Of a stretch of DNA of 64,000 nt, positions 1-8,747 are shown piece after piece (position 1 is the first letter of the stretch; each line of letters starts with the position of its first letter). The notes beneath the pieces were generated by a model. That model was given only the letters and a program-made list of their open reading frames with translations, was not told the DNA's origin and ran no database searches. Source of the DNA: Candidatus Thorarchaeota archaeon (GTDB taxonomy: Archaea; Asgardarchaeota; Thorarchaeia; Thorarchaeales; Thorarchaeaceae); assembly GCA_016933575.1 (NCBI GenBank), contig JAFGAR010000070.1, forward strand, positions 21,755 to 85,754, read 5' to 3'. The translations under genes and the position numbers were made by a program.

Positions 1-10
1 AGATTAGACT

Positions 11-904
11 ATGTCAGAAAAATTAGGACAACTTGATCTCGTATTCATTGTTGATAATACTGGTTCTATGGGACCATATATTCAAAATGTGAAGACAAAG
101 ATACTCGAGATTATCCGTACAATAAAGAAAGAGGAGCTCTGCCACAGACTGAGGGTTGGTCTGGTTTGCTATCGTGATCATCCCCCTGAGGAAGCTACCT
201 ATGTCACGCAAAAGTTTGAGCTCACACCTGATACATCAAAAATAGAAACGAATGTCATGCAGATGGATGCTTCAGGAGGCGGTGATGGTCCCGAGGCAGT
301 ATCAACTGCTCTCCAGATAATGAATAGAATGGAGTTCATCAATGACGCCGCCAAAGTTGCTGTTCTTATTGGTGATGCACCGCCCCATGGTGTTGAAGAT
401 GGGGATCGTTGGCCTCAGGGAACCCCTGATGGGGCAAAGTGGGACAAGGAAGCAAAAGTGGCTTTCGAAAAAGGTATTGTCATCCATACAGTTGGATGCT
501 TTCCTGAGATTGCTGGCTATAAGAAAGGAGTAGCAACCTATGAGAAGATTGCTGCTGATTCTCAAGGGAGATTCTTCCCACTTGAGAAAGCAGAGATTCT
601 AGTGAATCTTATCACTGGAATTGCAGTTGAGGAAATTGATAAGATTGCCATACAGAAGTCAATCTTAGAAGATCTTGGTGTTTCAATGGAAGAATTTCCA
701 GCAGACGAAGAATTCACTGAAGCGAAGATCTCAGATATTGTGAGTAAAGTCAGAGCTCGTGGTGTCACAAAAAGAGCAATGGCAATGAGACCCTCTGGTA
801 CTCCAGCAAGTGCTGCAGCTGATCTTGAGTTGGAAGAACAATCTATCAGTGAAGATGATGTTCGTGAGGCTGTCAGGCAACTTAAGATGAAATCTAAGAA
901 ATAG
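11..904 (+). CDS. von Willebrand factor A (vWA) domain protein
   Basis: DLVFIVDNTGSM MIDAS motif, GGGDGPEA and IGDAPPHG motifs typical of vwkA/hemicentin-like vWA domains. Confidence 0.9.
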   Translation: MSEKLGQLDLVFIVDNTGSMGPYIQNVKTKILEIIRTIKKEELCHRLRVGLVCYRDHPPEEATYVTQKFELTPDTSKIETNVMQMDASGGGDGPEAVSTALQIMNRMEFINDAAKVAVLIGDAPPHGVEDGDRWPQGTPDGAKWDKEAKVAFEKGIVIHTVGCFPEIAGYKKGVATYEKIAADSQGRFFPLEKAEILVNLITGIAVEEIDKIAIQKSILEDLGVSMEEFPADEEFTEAKISDIVSKVRARGVTKRAMAMRPSGTPASAAADLELEEQSISEDDVREAVRQLKMKSKK

Positions 905-958
905 TTCTTTCTAGGTGCTGCAATTGCAGCACCACTATCTTCTCTATTAGGCAAGAAC

Positions 959-1357
959 TTACTCTTTCTTGAGGCCTTGCGTACTCCTTGAATTCTTTGA
1001 TACCTGTGAACGTACCTTTCTGGATTCGTAGGTATAGCATATTCCTGCCACAAGTCCTATAGCAAAAGCATAGAATAGGAATTCAGCAAACTGCCTGTAT
1101 TCTTCAAGATTCAATGTAAAATATGCAATAATGCTCGTAGGAAATCCGATTACACTCACTATCAACATGAGTACATAGAACCGGTAGTACGCTGCATCAC
1201 AGCAATTATCTGAACAATATGACTTGCCAGTTCCAATGACATATTTCCAGTTATGACTAGTATCTGTTCCACACCACTGACATGTAGGTGTATGTTGCCT
1301 ATCCGTGACTATTTTGGATTGTTGTGTTTTTTTCTCACACTCTTCCCAAGCAGTCAT
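959..1357 (-). CDS. small membrane protein with N-terminal TRASH/MYM-like zinc finger and 2 TM helices
   Basis: CQWC...YCSDNC motif followed by two hydrophobic segments. Confidence 0.65.
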   Translation of the reverse strand: MTAWEECEKKTQQSKIVTDRQHTPTCQWCGTDTSHNWKYVIGTGKSYCSDNCCDAAYYRFYVLMLIVSVIGFPTSIIAYFTLNLEEYRQFAEFLFYAFAIGLVAGICYTYESRKVRSQVSKNSRSTQGLKKE

Positions 1358-1437
1358 AGATTGATCATTAAATAGTTCGAGATATTTGCATAAATGGATT
1401 TAGCATAATAAGGCATATCACTTGCATCACCTCTCTC

Positions 1438-2070
1438 TTGGTTATGCCAAGCAAAGAATGGGAATATTTCATGGACAATTTCTTTGGCAATCCCTACATG
1501 ATGTGGCATGATGGAATCAATCCAAAATCTGTCTGTTATTTGAAGGGTGAAGAAAGAGATCGAGCGGAAATCATGCTCATTGAGTCAATGGAGGATGGGA
1601 GTCACTATGCTGCAATGGGACTTAGAGAGCTAAAGTCGCAGAAAGCAATCCCTATTATGAAAGAACTCCTCAAGAAAGTTGGTTCTGATTTGAAAATTCA
1701 AATTGCACTAGCTCTCAATACAATCGAGGATACAACTGAATATGTTCCAGATATCATTGATGTTCTTCAGTATAATGGTAGTCCATACGTTCGGCTTAAA
1801 GCAGCAATGGTCTTACGGAACTATCCAACTATAGAGGTGATTGAATCTCTTTTTACTGCTATAGAAAAAGATCCAGATTATCTAGTTCGGTATCATGCAT
1901 CCGAGTCGCTCCTTCACATTCATGGATTCAGACCAAACATATCTGAATACAAGGAAATTTTCCATTTGATATGCGTAGAGTTTGATAGTGATCATCCTGA
2001 CTCGTACAGAGAAGCTGTCAAGCAATACACCAAAGCTGCAGATATGCTCAGAGATCTCTTCGCAAAATAA
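1438..2070 (+). CDS. HEAT-repeat protein
   Basis: repeated helical units such as PYVRLKAAMVL and DPDYLVRYHASESL; true start may be ATG 1444. Confidence 0.75.
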   Translation: MVMPSKEWEYFMDNFFGNPYMMWHDGINPKSVCYLKGEERDRAEIMLIESMEDGSHYAAMGLRELKSQKAIPIMKELLKKVGSDLKIQIALALNTIEDTTEYVPDIIDVLQYNGSPYVRLKAAMVLRNYPTIEVIESLFTAIEKDPDYLVRYHASESLLHIHGFRPNISEYKEIFHLICVEFDSDHPDSYREAVKQYTKAADMLRDLFAK

Positions 2071-2099
2071 TGAGATTCTATCATACTACTATTTTTGCT

Positions 2100-2205
2100 C
2101 AGAAAGAGGGTGGTGGTTAGTACCAGCAGGACAACGGTAGGAGGGGGGGGAGTTATGAGGGCATGTTACAGAAAATGTGTGCCCTGCGAGCCACCTAACC
2201 ACCAT
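2100..2205 (-). ncRNA. putative structured small RNA (copy 1 of C-rich-motif family)
   Basis: 10-bp terminal inverted repeat 2111-2120/2195-2204; internal hairpin AGGGCA/TGCCCT; minus-strand motif AACT-C8-TCCTA (2138-2154); TATA-like CTTATTA (2233-2227) 22 nt upstream; pyrimidine run CCCTCTTTCT at the 3' end. Confidence 0.55.
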
Positions 2206-2307
2206 GTGTGGTATGAACAAGGTTCCTAATAAGCATCACTCTTGTATGTCAAATATTAATAATTACCTATCAAAAGGCTCTAAAATGCCAAATATACGCA
2301 TTTCAAT

Positions 2308-2751
2308 ATGTCTGAAGAAGAACATAGATATGCAATGAGTAGCCATTGGGTACGAGAAAAGATTGTAACAATCGAGATTGAAGGAAAACCCGCCTTTGAG
2401 GTAGCTACTCCTCTTGATTTTTGGCCAGAGGGTCCATCTGAAATTGTATCTCCCGAGGATCTTTTTGTTGCATCAGCTGTTTCATGTTATGGTGTATCTT
2501 TATCAGGAGTTTCCAAAAGATTCCATGCGGAATTGAAGAATTTTCAAGTTAGAGGGATTGGTACTCTTAAGAAGGGCGAGTTTGGGTGGGAGTTTGATCA
2601 GATCACATTAGAAACTCGGATTATTGTCCCTACAATGAAAGACAAGAAGAGAATGGAAAAAGCTGCTGAACGCGCTCACACATATTGTGTTGTCTCCAAT
2701 TCGATGAAATGTCCTGTGCATCTTAGATATGAGATTCTTGTGGAGAACTGA
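2308..2751 (+). CDS. OsmC/Ohr family protein
   Basis: SPEDLFVASAVSC and AHTYCVVSNSM two-cysteine signature. Confidence 0.9.
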   Translation: MSEEEHRYAMSSHWVREKIVTIEIEGKPAFEVATPLDFWPEGPSEIVSPEDLFVASAVSCYGVSLSGVSKRFHAELKNFQVRGIGTLKKGEFGWEFDQITLETRIIVPTMKDKKRMEKAAERAHTYCVVSNSMKCPVHLRYEILVEN

Positions 2752-2755
2752 TTCT

Positions 2756-3139
2756 TTATAGGGTCTCTATCTGAGGTAATTCAATCTCAACAGAGTATTG
2801 CTTTCCACATTGACAATCCAAATTCACTGACCATCTTTTAGGCAAGGGAATATTGAATTCTTTGACTACTCCAGTAAGGCTGTTTTTAATAGCTGCTATC
2901 AGCTTAACATATGTCGATGCTAAGGTTGTCATCTCTTGAGGAAAATCAAGGTCCGATAGAAAATATTTGAATGCACTATTGCAATGCGGACAAGCAGTAA
3001 GAAGGAGATTGGTCACATCTCCACAGTTAGTACAGGTTATTTCATCTCTACTCATTTTTGGTGCATTTGGAATATTCAGAATCAGATCATTTTGGTGCCC
3101 ACATACATAGCAAAAGTAACGCAATGGCAATTCTGGCAT
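2756..3139 (-). CDS. cysteine-rich zinc-ribbon protein
   Basis: CYVC, CTNC, CPHC and CQC motifs. Confidence 0.7.
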   Translation of the reverse strand: MPELPLRYFCYVCGHQNDLILNIPNAPKMSRDEITCTNCGDVTNLLLTACPHCNSAFKYFLSDLDFPQEMTTLASTYVKLIAAIKNSLTGVVKEFNIPLPKRWSVNLDCQCGKQYSVEIELPQIETL

Positions 3140-3216
3140 TCTCTATTACTCCTTATTTAATCTGAGTATGAGAATAGTCCACACACTGCTAAAAGTCTAG
3201 CTGGAATGTGTATTAC

Positions 3217-3462
3217 CTATTTCGCAAGGGTGATTTTCTTTGCGTTCATGACCTTTTCTGTGCCTATAGACTCCAGTTCGATAGTGACCTTTTCACCGAG
3301 ATCTAGGGTATCATATTTGGTAAATGCAGTTACTTTGATTTTGAGATGTTCTTTCTCATCTGTTTCGATTCCCAAGTAACCATATCGCATTTTGCCCATT
3401 TCGCTAATATTTGATGATATAATTGTTCCCTGAATTTCCAAAGACAAAGGATATTTCACCAA
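3217..3462 (-). CDS. small OB-fold-like protein (paralog of 3557-3835)
   Basis: all-beta pattern; shares G.IISS..E.GK...YGYLGIE...HL.IK......TL..GE.V.IE with its neighbour. Confidence 0.7.
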   Translation of the reverse strand: MVKYPLSLEIQGTIISSNISEMGKMRYGYLGIETDEKEHLKIKVTAFTKYDTLDLGEKVTIELESIGTEKVMNAKKITLAK

Positions 3463-3556
3463 TTTCGGGTCCGTTTTTTTTCCCGTATAACCTATTCTAT
3501 TCAGTAGCTTTTATTCAAACGAAAGGTTATGCTAATCTTTTTAGAGAAAATGTTTC

Positions 3557-3835
3557 TCATGAGCTTGCGCTGACAACGTTTTCTGAATGTGAAATCAAGT
3601 CCGAGTTTGATTTTAGACTGATTTTCCTCGCAACAATGATATTTGTTGTTCCCAGCTTTGACGCTTCAATTATCACATGTTCTCCGATCTCAAGAGTTTC
3701 ATACCAGCTATAGGAATCAATCTTGATTGCTAAATGATTGCCTTGAGTATCTTCAATTCCCAGGTATCCATATAGAATTCCATCTTTTCCAAATTCACCT
3801 AACTGGCTTGAAATGATCTTTCCTTCAATGATCAT
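3557..3835 (-). CDS. small OB-fold-like protein (paralog of 3217-3462)
   Basis: visible sequence similarity to the adjacent ORF; same orientation. Confidence 0.7.
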   Translation of the reverse strand: MIIEGKIISSQLGEFGKDGILYGYLGIEDTQGNHLAIKIDSYSWYETLEIGEHVIIEASKLGTTNIIVARKISLKSNSDLISHSENVVSASS

Positions 3836-3895
3836 ATTGTTATTCCCTTCTGCAATTAACTATAATGAATATACATATAAGGTCTGGGATAGTGG

Positions 3896-4441
3896 TCATT
3901 CTTCTTCCAAGACTCGAAGATATTTAGGGTATGCCTTGGCATTCTCAACATACGAATCAACATAGACATCAATAGCCTTCCTGGCTTGATCGTCAGGTCT
4001 GATATCTCTCATATACTTCGCTGGAATTCCTGCGTAGACTTTGAATGGTTCAGTCATCGTCTTATCGTGAAGAAGTGCTGAGTTTCCGATAAGAACCCCT
4101 TTAGCTACTCTACTACCAAGCATTAGGACTGCTCCCATACCAATTGCAGCACCATCATCTATTGACTCTGCATGAATTGTCGCATTATGTCCAATATTGA
4201 CCCGCCTGCCAATCCTAGTAGTAAATCGAGGGTCTGAGTGAATGACAGAACCATCTTGGATGTTGGTTTCATCTCCAATAATTATTGATCCCCTATCTCC
4301 TCGAATTGAGACCATAGGCGCCACAAATACTCGTTCGCCAATGGTGACATCTCCGATTATAGATGCTTGGGGATGCACATACGCTGTGGATGCAATCTTG
4401 GGTGTTTTGTCTTTGAATGCATAGATTGTCATGTTATTCAA
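3896..4441 (-). CDS. gamma-carbonic anhydrase family (hexapeptide repeat) protein
   Basis: IRGD...IGDETNIQDGSVIH...IGHNATIH motif with three His ligands; likely start MTIY at 4432. Confidence 0.92.
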   Translation of the reverse strand: MNNMTIYAFKDKTPKIASTAYVHPQASIIGDVTIGERVFVAPMVSIRGDRGSIIIGDETNIQDGSVIHSDPRFTTRIGRRVNIGHNATIHAESIDDGAAIGMGAVLMLGSRVAKGVLIGNSALLHDKTMTEPFKVYAGIPAKYMRDIRPDDQARKAIDVYVDSYVENAKAYPKYLRVLEEE

Positions 4442-5157
4442 CTCTTCACAAGGAGTCCAACATAAGGACCGCCCCTTTGATATTTTCTATCTAATCTCCA
4501 ACCTGATCTTTCAGCAAGCACGCTCATTTCATTCGGACTTGCCAATCGTAATTCTACCCAATCATCGATAAATCCCTTATACTTCACCCTCAATCGAATG
4601 AGTCCCTTTGGCTTGTTTCTTGATACGTTCAATTCATGATATCTTAGATGTCCCGTATCATCGGTTTTCTCGACTTCAGCGCTACCTGCAAGAATGATTC
4701 CATCTGGAGTAGTAATCCGGTGAAGTTCTTGAAGCATGGATATTATCTTCTCGTCATCCCCCAATAGACCAAAATTATTCCCAAACATGATCACTGTGTC
4801 AAATGTTGACTCTGGAAAATTTAACCCCGCTACAGACATGATATGCGCATCCCTCAATCCCCGCATCTTACAGGCTTCAACTGCCCCTGGAGCCATGTCA
4901 ATTCCAACCACCCTATGTCCAAGATTTTGTAGATAGATTGCAACTCTACCAGCTCCACAACCAATATCAAGGACATTCCCCTTTGCATGTTGTATTGCAA
5001 GACGTTCGAGTTCATTCCATTCCAATATGGGCCTTACATAATCAAGAGTAGACAGTGTTTCAAGCCTTCCATCATCTCTCTCGATATAATATTCTCCAGA
5101 GATGCCTAATGCAGCATCTCTCATTATCTCACTCCAAGCATCAGACATACAAGCCAA
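4438..5157 (-). CDS. class I SAM-dependent methyltransferase
   Basis: VLDIGCGAG motif I, VVGID, FDTVIMFGNNFG. Confidence 0.9.
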   Translation of the reverse strand: MACMSDAWSEIMRDAALGISGEYYIERDDGRLETLSTLDYVRPILEWNELERLAIQHAKGNVLDIGCGAGRVAIYLQNLGHRVVGIDMAPGAVEACKMRGLRDAHIMSVAGLNFPESTFDTVIMFGNNFGLLGDDEKIISMLQELHRITTPDGIILAGSAEVEKTDDTGHLRYHELNVSRNKPKGLIRLRVKYKGFIDDWVELRLASPNEMSVLAERSGWRLDRKYQRGGPYVGLLVKS

Positions 5158-5264
5158 GGAAATTCACTCACGGAAAAGGAATTCGGTCCCGTGATTGATT
5201 TATGCAGTAAGAGGTATTAAATCCAATTTTTCTTTCCAGGACTGATGTTGAGGGAGTTCTTTTC

Positions 5265-5999
5265 ATGAGCACAAACGAAAAGGAAGAAATCGTTCCAAAG
5301 ACAACTATCCGAGTCTATGGAGGTAAGAAGGAAACGGTCGGAGAGTCAGTAAACCAGACTCTTGGTCTCAGGGACGACCAATATTATAGCACTTGGATAA
5401 GTCTTGGAGTAATGAAACGATTCGCCTTTCTCTTCGAAGGTGGAGTCGAGAGTGCAGGAAGTATCGGTGGATTAGTTCTGATGTTCATCGTTCTGGTTAT
5501 TACACTATTATTCTTTGCACTATGGCAGTTTGTTGTGTTCTTTCTTGTCATTGCAGTCTTGACTCTATTGAGTGGAGGTGCTGCTGCGAAATTTCTACGA
5601 GCGACCTACATTACTACACCACTCGATAACATTGATGTCGTAAAAATTCAGGAATTTGTGAAAATTCAAGTCAGAGAAGGACATTTCGTTCGTGTTGATG
5701 AAGACCCTCGAATCGAAGGTAAGGATGACACGATTCATCGAATTTCTCAAGCTACTAAGATCTTCAAAAATGGTATACAGTTCTCACTTGTGGTGGCAAC
5801 AATCTTTCTAATCGTTCAGGTACTATACTGGTTCATGAACCATCATTGGATAACTGGAAGTCACCCAATCACTGGCGAATCCGAAATTCTAATATTGGTT
5901 GCATTTGGCATATTCTTCCTAGCGGGTGTTCTAGCAATGGATCTTGGTGTCCTGTTGAGAAGGAGAATAGCAAACAGTCTTCAAAGGCCTCTTGAGTGA
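5265..5999 (+). CDS. hypothetical membrane protein (~4 TM)
   Basis: long ORF with hydrophobic segments. Confidence 0.7.
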   Translation: MSTNEKEEIVPKTTIRVYGGKKETVGESVNQTLGLRDDQYYSTWISLGVMKRFAFLFEGGVESAGSIGGLVLMFIVLVITLLFFALWQFVVFFLVIAVLTLLSGGAAAKFLRATYITTPLDNIDVVKIQEFVKIQVREGHFVRVDEDPRIEGKDDTIHRISQATKIFKNGIQFSLVVATIFLIVQVLYWFMNHHWITGSHPITGESEILILVAFGIFFLAGVLAMDLGVLLRRRIANSLQRPLE

Positions 6000-6002
6000 T
6001 TT

Positions 6003-7268
6003 CTAGATCACGTCAAACACGATTTCCCAAAACTCACGTTCAGAGACCCCAGTTCTTAGGCTTCGCAGCTCACTCTTGATCTTCTCAAAAGCCATATCTG
6101 AATGGAGTTTCTTTTTGTCCTCATGTGTAATCTTCACTCTGTCAGTAATCTCACGGGCTTGTTCTGGACTAGCTTTAATGCCCCCCATTTTTAGCAGATA
6201 CTCAACAAAATGCCTGCCTACAAATTTTCCAAGATGGAATTCTCGTGTCCTTCCAACTCTCATGGGGCTAATAGGTTCATAGGTCATTGAATGGGTCAAT
6301 TGCCCATGGGAATGTATACCACTAGAATGTGTGAATGCGTTATCCCCACTGATTGACTTATGAAGCGGAAGTGGAATGACGAAGTTCTTTTCTACTAGAC
6401 CCGATAGTCTATACAATTTCTCTGTCTTAACACCTGTATCAATTCCATAGAGTTCCTCTAGAGCCATCACTACTTCCTCAAAGGCTGCATTTCCAGCTCT
6501 CTCCCCATATGCATTGACACAGACCTGTGGATATGTAGCTCCTTCTTCTATTGCAGTCAGTGTATTTGCTGTAGCGAGACCGAAATCATCATGACAATGG
6601 ACTGCAATTGGGACTCTGTATTTTTGTTCATTCCAAAGTCGTGATTTCACTTCCCGCATTATATGTCGCATTACCTCCGGACGTACAAATCCTACAGTGT
6701 CTGCTACACAGATTTTATCCGCTCCCGCATCGATAGCTGTTCTGTATGCCTCACAGAGGAAATCCATATTGCTTCTTGTAGAGTCCTCAGCAATGTAATC
6801 AACAATCAATCCATGCTCCCTACCGTGCTCCACACACTCAGTCAATCGTTCTAAGACCTGTTCTCTGGTCATTCGTAGCTGATACTTTAATCTAAAGTCA
6901 GAAGTAGCAATGAATATTGGCACCTCATCGACATCTGCTTCTATACAAGCATCGATGTCTTCGATAACTGCACGAGCAGGGGCTGCGACCTTAGCGTTTG
7001 AGAGTCCCTCTTTGGCAATTGCCGCGACTGCATTTTTCTCGGCTTCACTCACAGCAGGGAATCCGACAGCAACAATTGCTGTCCCAACTTCATCGAGCAT
7101 TTTAGCTATCTCGATCTTCTCATCGATTGTCAGAGCCACCCCTGGGGTCTGTTCTCCATCTCTCAAAGTTTCATCCCAGATGAACACCTTCCTAGGTAAG
7201 TATTCAGGTTTAGTACTAGGTACCTTGTTGTAGTTGACTGCAAGTCCTGCTTTCTCGAGAGTTTCCAT
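6003..7268 (-). CDS. LeuA/homocitrate/citramalate synthase family (DRE-TIM) without C-terminal regulatory domain
   Basis: DETLRDGEQTPG, HCHDDFGLA, GERAGNA motifs; 421 aa. Confidence 0.9.
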   Translation of the reverse strand: METLEKAGLAVNYNKVPSTKPEYLPRKVFIWDETLRDGEQTPGVALTIDEKIEIAKMLDEVGTAIVAVGFPAVSEAEKNAVAAIAKEGLSNAKVAAPARAVIEDIDACIEADVDEVPIFIATSDFRLKYQLRMTREQVLERLTECVEHGREHGLIVDYIAEDSTRSNMDFLCEAYRTAIDAGADKICVADTVGFVRPEVMRHIMREVKSRLWNEQKYRVPIAVHCHDDFGLATANTLTAIEEGATYPQVCVNAYGERAGNAAFEEVVMALEELYGIDTGVKTEKLYRLSGLVEKNFVIPLPLHKSISGDNAFTHSSGIHSHGQLTHSMTYEPISPMRVGRTREFHLGKFVGRHFVEYLLKMGGIKASPEQAREITDRVKITHEDKKKLHSDMAFEKIKSELRSLRTGVSEREFWEIVFDVI

Positions 7269-7312
7269 AGGTCTCAGCCCTGCTTTTCTGCGTATTCAAG
7301 CACATCATACAA

Positions 7313-7861
7313 TCATTCGAAGAGATAATGACCATGCTTTGCGATATCTTCTACGCTCTTTTCAAGCATAACTATTTGGTTATTGTACTCTTCTTTGGTT
7401 ATTTTGCCACTTTCAAGTGCTTTCTTTGCCTTTGATTTCTTGTACTCAATCTTTGCAGACTCGATATGCAATAGTCTTAGAGATGTATCAAAGACTGGTT
7501 TAGTGCCTGTTTTTTCACCAATTCCTTCCAACAGAGGCATCCAACATATCTCTTCCACATGGAAAGAAAACTCTAATCCACGTTCAAGGATTCTATTCCA
7601 AATGGGACATCTCTTGATATAGAGCTCTTTGTCCTTTACTTCAATATCCAAACCAATAGCTCGAAGGACTGATCCTGCAATCTCTGCCGCTTTTTCTGGA
7701 CCTTTGCCATCGAATGTTTCCGCAGCCTCGCTACCCATTTGTTTGAATCCACCACTATACCCCTCATACATGGAGAGTGGTCCTGTATTGTTTCGGAGTC
7801 CCCACCAGAGTCCATCGATGAATGATACGAATCCTTTCTGAAGAATCTCCAGATCGCTCAT
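7313..7861 (-). CDS. V4R/H-NOX-like fold protein with SHOCT-like C-terminal helix
   Basis: KRCP...IC..LLEGI pattern; GKITKEEYNNQ SHOCT-like motif. Confidence 0.45.
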   Translation of the reverse strand: MSDLEILQKGFVSFIDGLWWGLRNNTGPLSMYEGYSGGFKQMGSEAAETFDGKGPEKAAEIAGSVLRAIGLDIEVKDKELYIKRCPIWNRILERGLEFSFHVEEICWMPLLEGIGEKTGTKPVFDTSLRLLHIESAKIEYKKSKAKKALESGKITKEEYNNQIVMLEKSVEDIAKHGHYLFE

Positions 7862-8625
7862 TTCTTTTCCTCCTTAACGAATGGACTTCCCCATTTGTTG
7901 AGAAAAGCAATCTCCTCCGGCCCCTGTCTTGGTGGTCCAAGTGTCCGCTCATTTATGGCATAACCCAGGGTTAGACAGAGAATTGGAACCCAGTGTGGGA
8001 ATGGAATGCTAAGCTTTTCTGAGATTGCACCAACATCATCAAAATGGTCCAGTTGAACTGATGAAACACAGCTTCCTATTCCTAATGATGCTGCAGCGAG
8101 AGCCATGTTTTCCATCATCATAGAACCTGCAATGACTGCGTGTCTCGGTCCAGACCAACCATAGACACCTCCAGTACCTCGAAGAGTTGCCTGTGAGTTT
8201 CCGACATGTGTTTGGTCCACTGCGAGTACAAGAAGCACTGGAGCTCCATTAGTTTCAGGTTTGCCCTTGATATACTCAAAACGTTGACCGGAAATGAGTA
8301 TATCGATTGTACGTTCTAAACTTGCTTTTGACTCAATATAACTAAGTCTTCTCTCCAGCTCTTCTCTCGGTGTTGCACGACCAAAAAGGAGGACTGTTCT
8401 GTCAACTGCAATCTGTCCAATAAATTCCTGCAGTTTTTTGTCGCGAACAACAATGATTCTCCATGGCTGTTGGTTCTCTGCACTAGGTGCAAAACCTCCT
8501 GCTTCAATAACCTTGTAGATCAATTCGTCAGGGACATCTCTGGACGTATCATAGTCACGTATTGCCCGTCGGTTCTTGATCACCTTGATGGCTTCGTTAT
8601 CTTCCAAGGTGTTGTCTCCAGTCAA
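7858..8625 (-). CDS. nitroreductase family protein
   Basis: RRAIRDY, APSAENQQPW, ENMALAAASLGIGSC, LTLGY motifs. Confidence 0.92.
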   Translation of the reverse strand: MTGDNTLEDNEAIKVIKNRRAIRDYDTSRDVPDELIYKVIEAGGFAPSAENQQPWRIIVVRDKKLQEFIGQIAVDRTVLLFGRATPREELERRLSYIESKASLERTIDILISGQRFEYIKGKPETNGAPVLLVLAVDQTHVGNSQATLRGTGGVYGWSGPRHAVIAGSMMMENMALAAASLGIGSCVSSVQLDHFDDVGAISEKLSIPFPHWVPILCLTLGYAINERTLGPPRQGPEEIAFLNKWGSPFVKEEKK

Positions 8626-8674
8626 TGATGTTTTGGCCTCAACATCTCCCGCTTAAGTAAGTAACTCATTGGGA

Positions 8675-8730
8675 GAAAAAGAATAAAACAGAAAGTGAAT
8701 AGCTGCGTTTCTTCGGGAACACAGCTATTC
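8675..8730 (-). terminator. hairpin plus T-rich tract downstream of acyl-CoA dehydrogenase
   Basis: GAATAGCTG/CAGCTATTC inverted repeat 8697-8730 followed on the minus strand by TTTCTGTTTTATTCTTTTT. Confidence 0.6.
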
Positions 8731-8747
8731 GAACTTTTAAAGTGTCA

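Noticed and set aside
2143-2150. G8 homopolymer as a phase-variation tract
   Set aside because: It is intergenic and better explained as a longer version of the shared C-rich RNA motif.
8697-8730. Hairpin as SECIS or riboswitch
   Set aside because: The upstream gene has no in-frame TGA and the SECIS core is absent. Position and T-tract fit a terminator.
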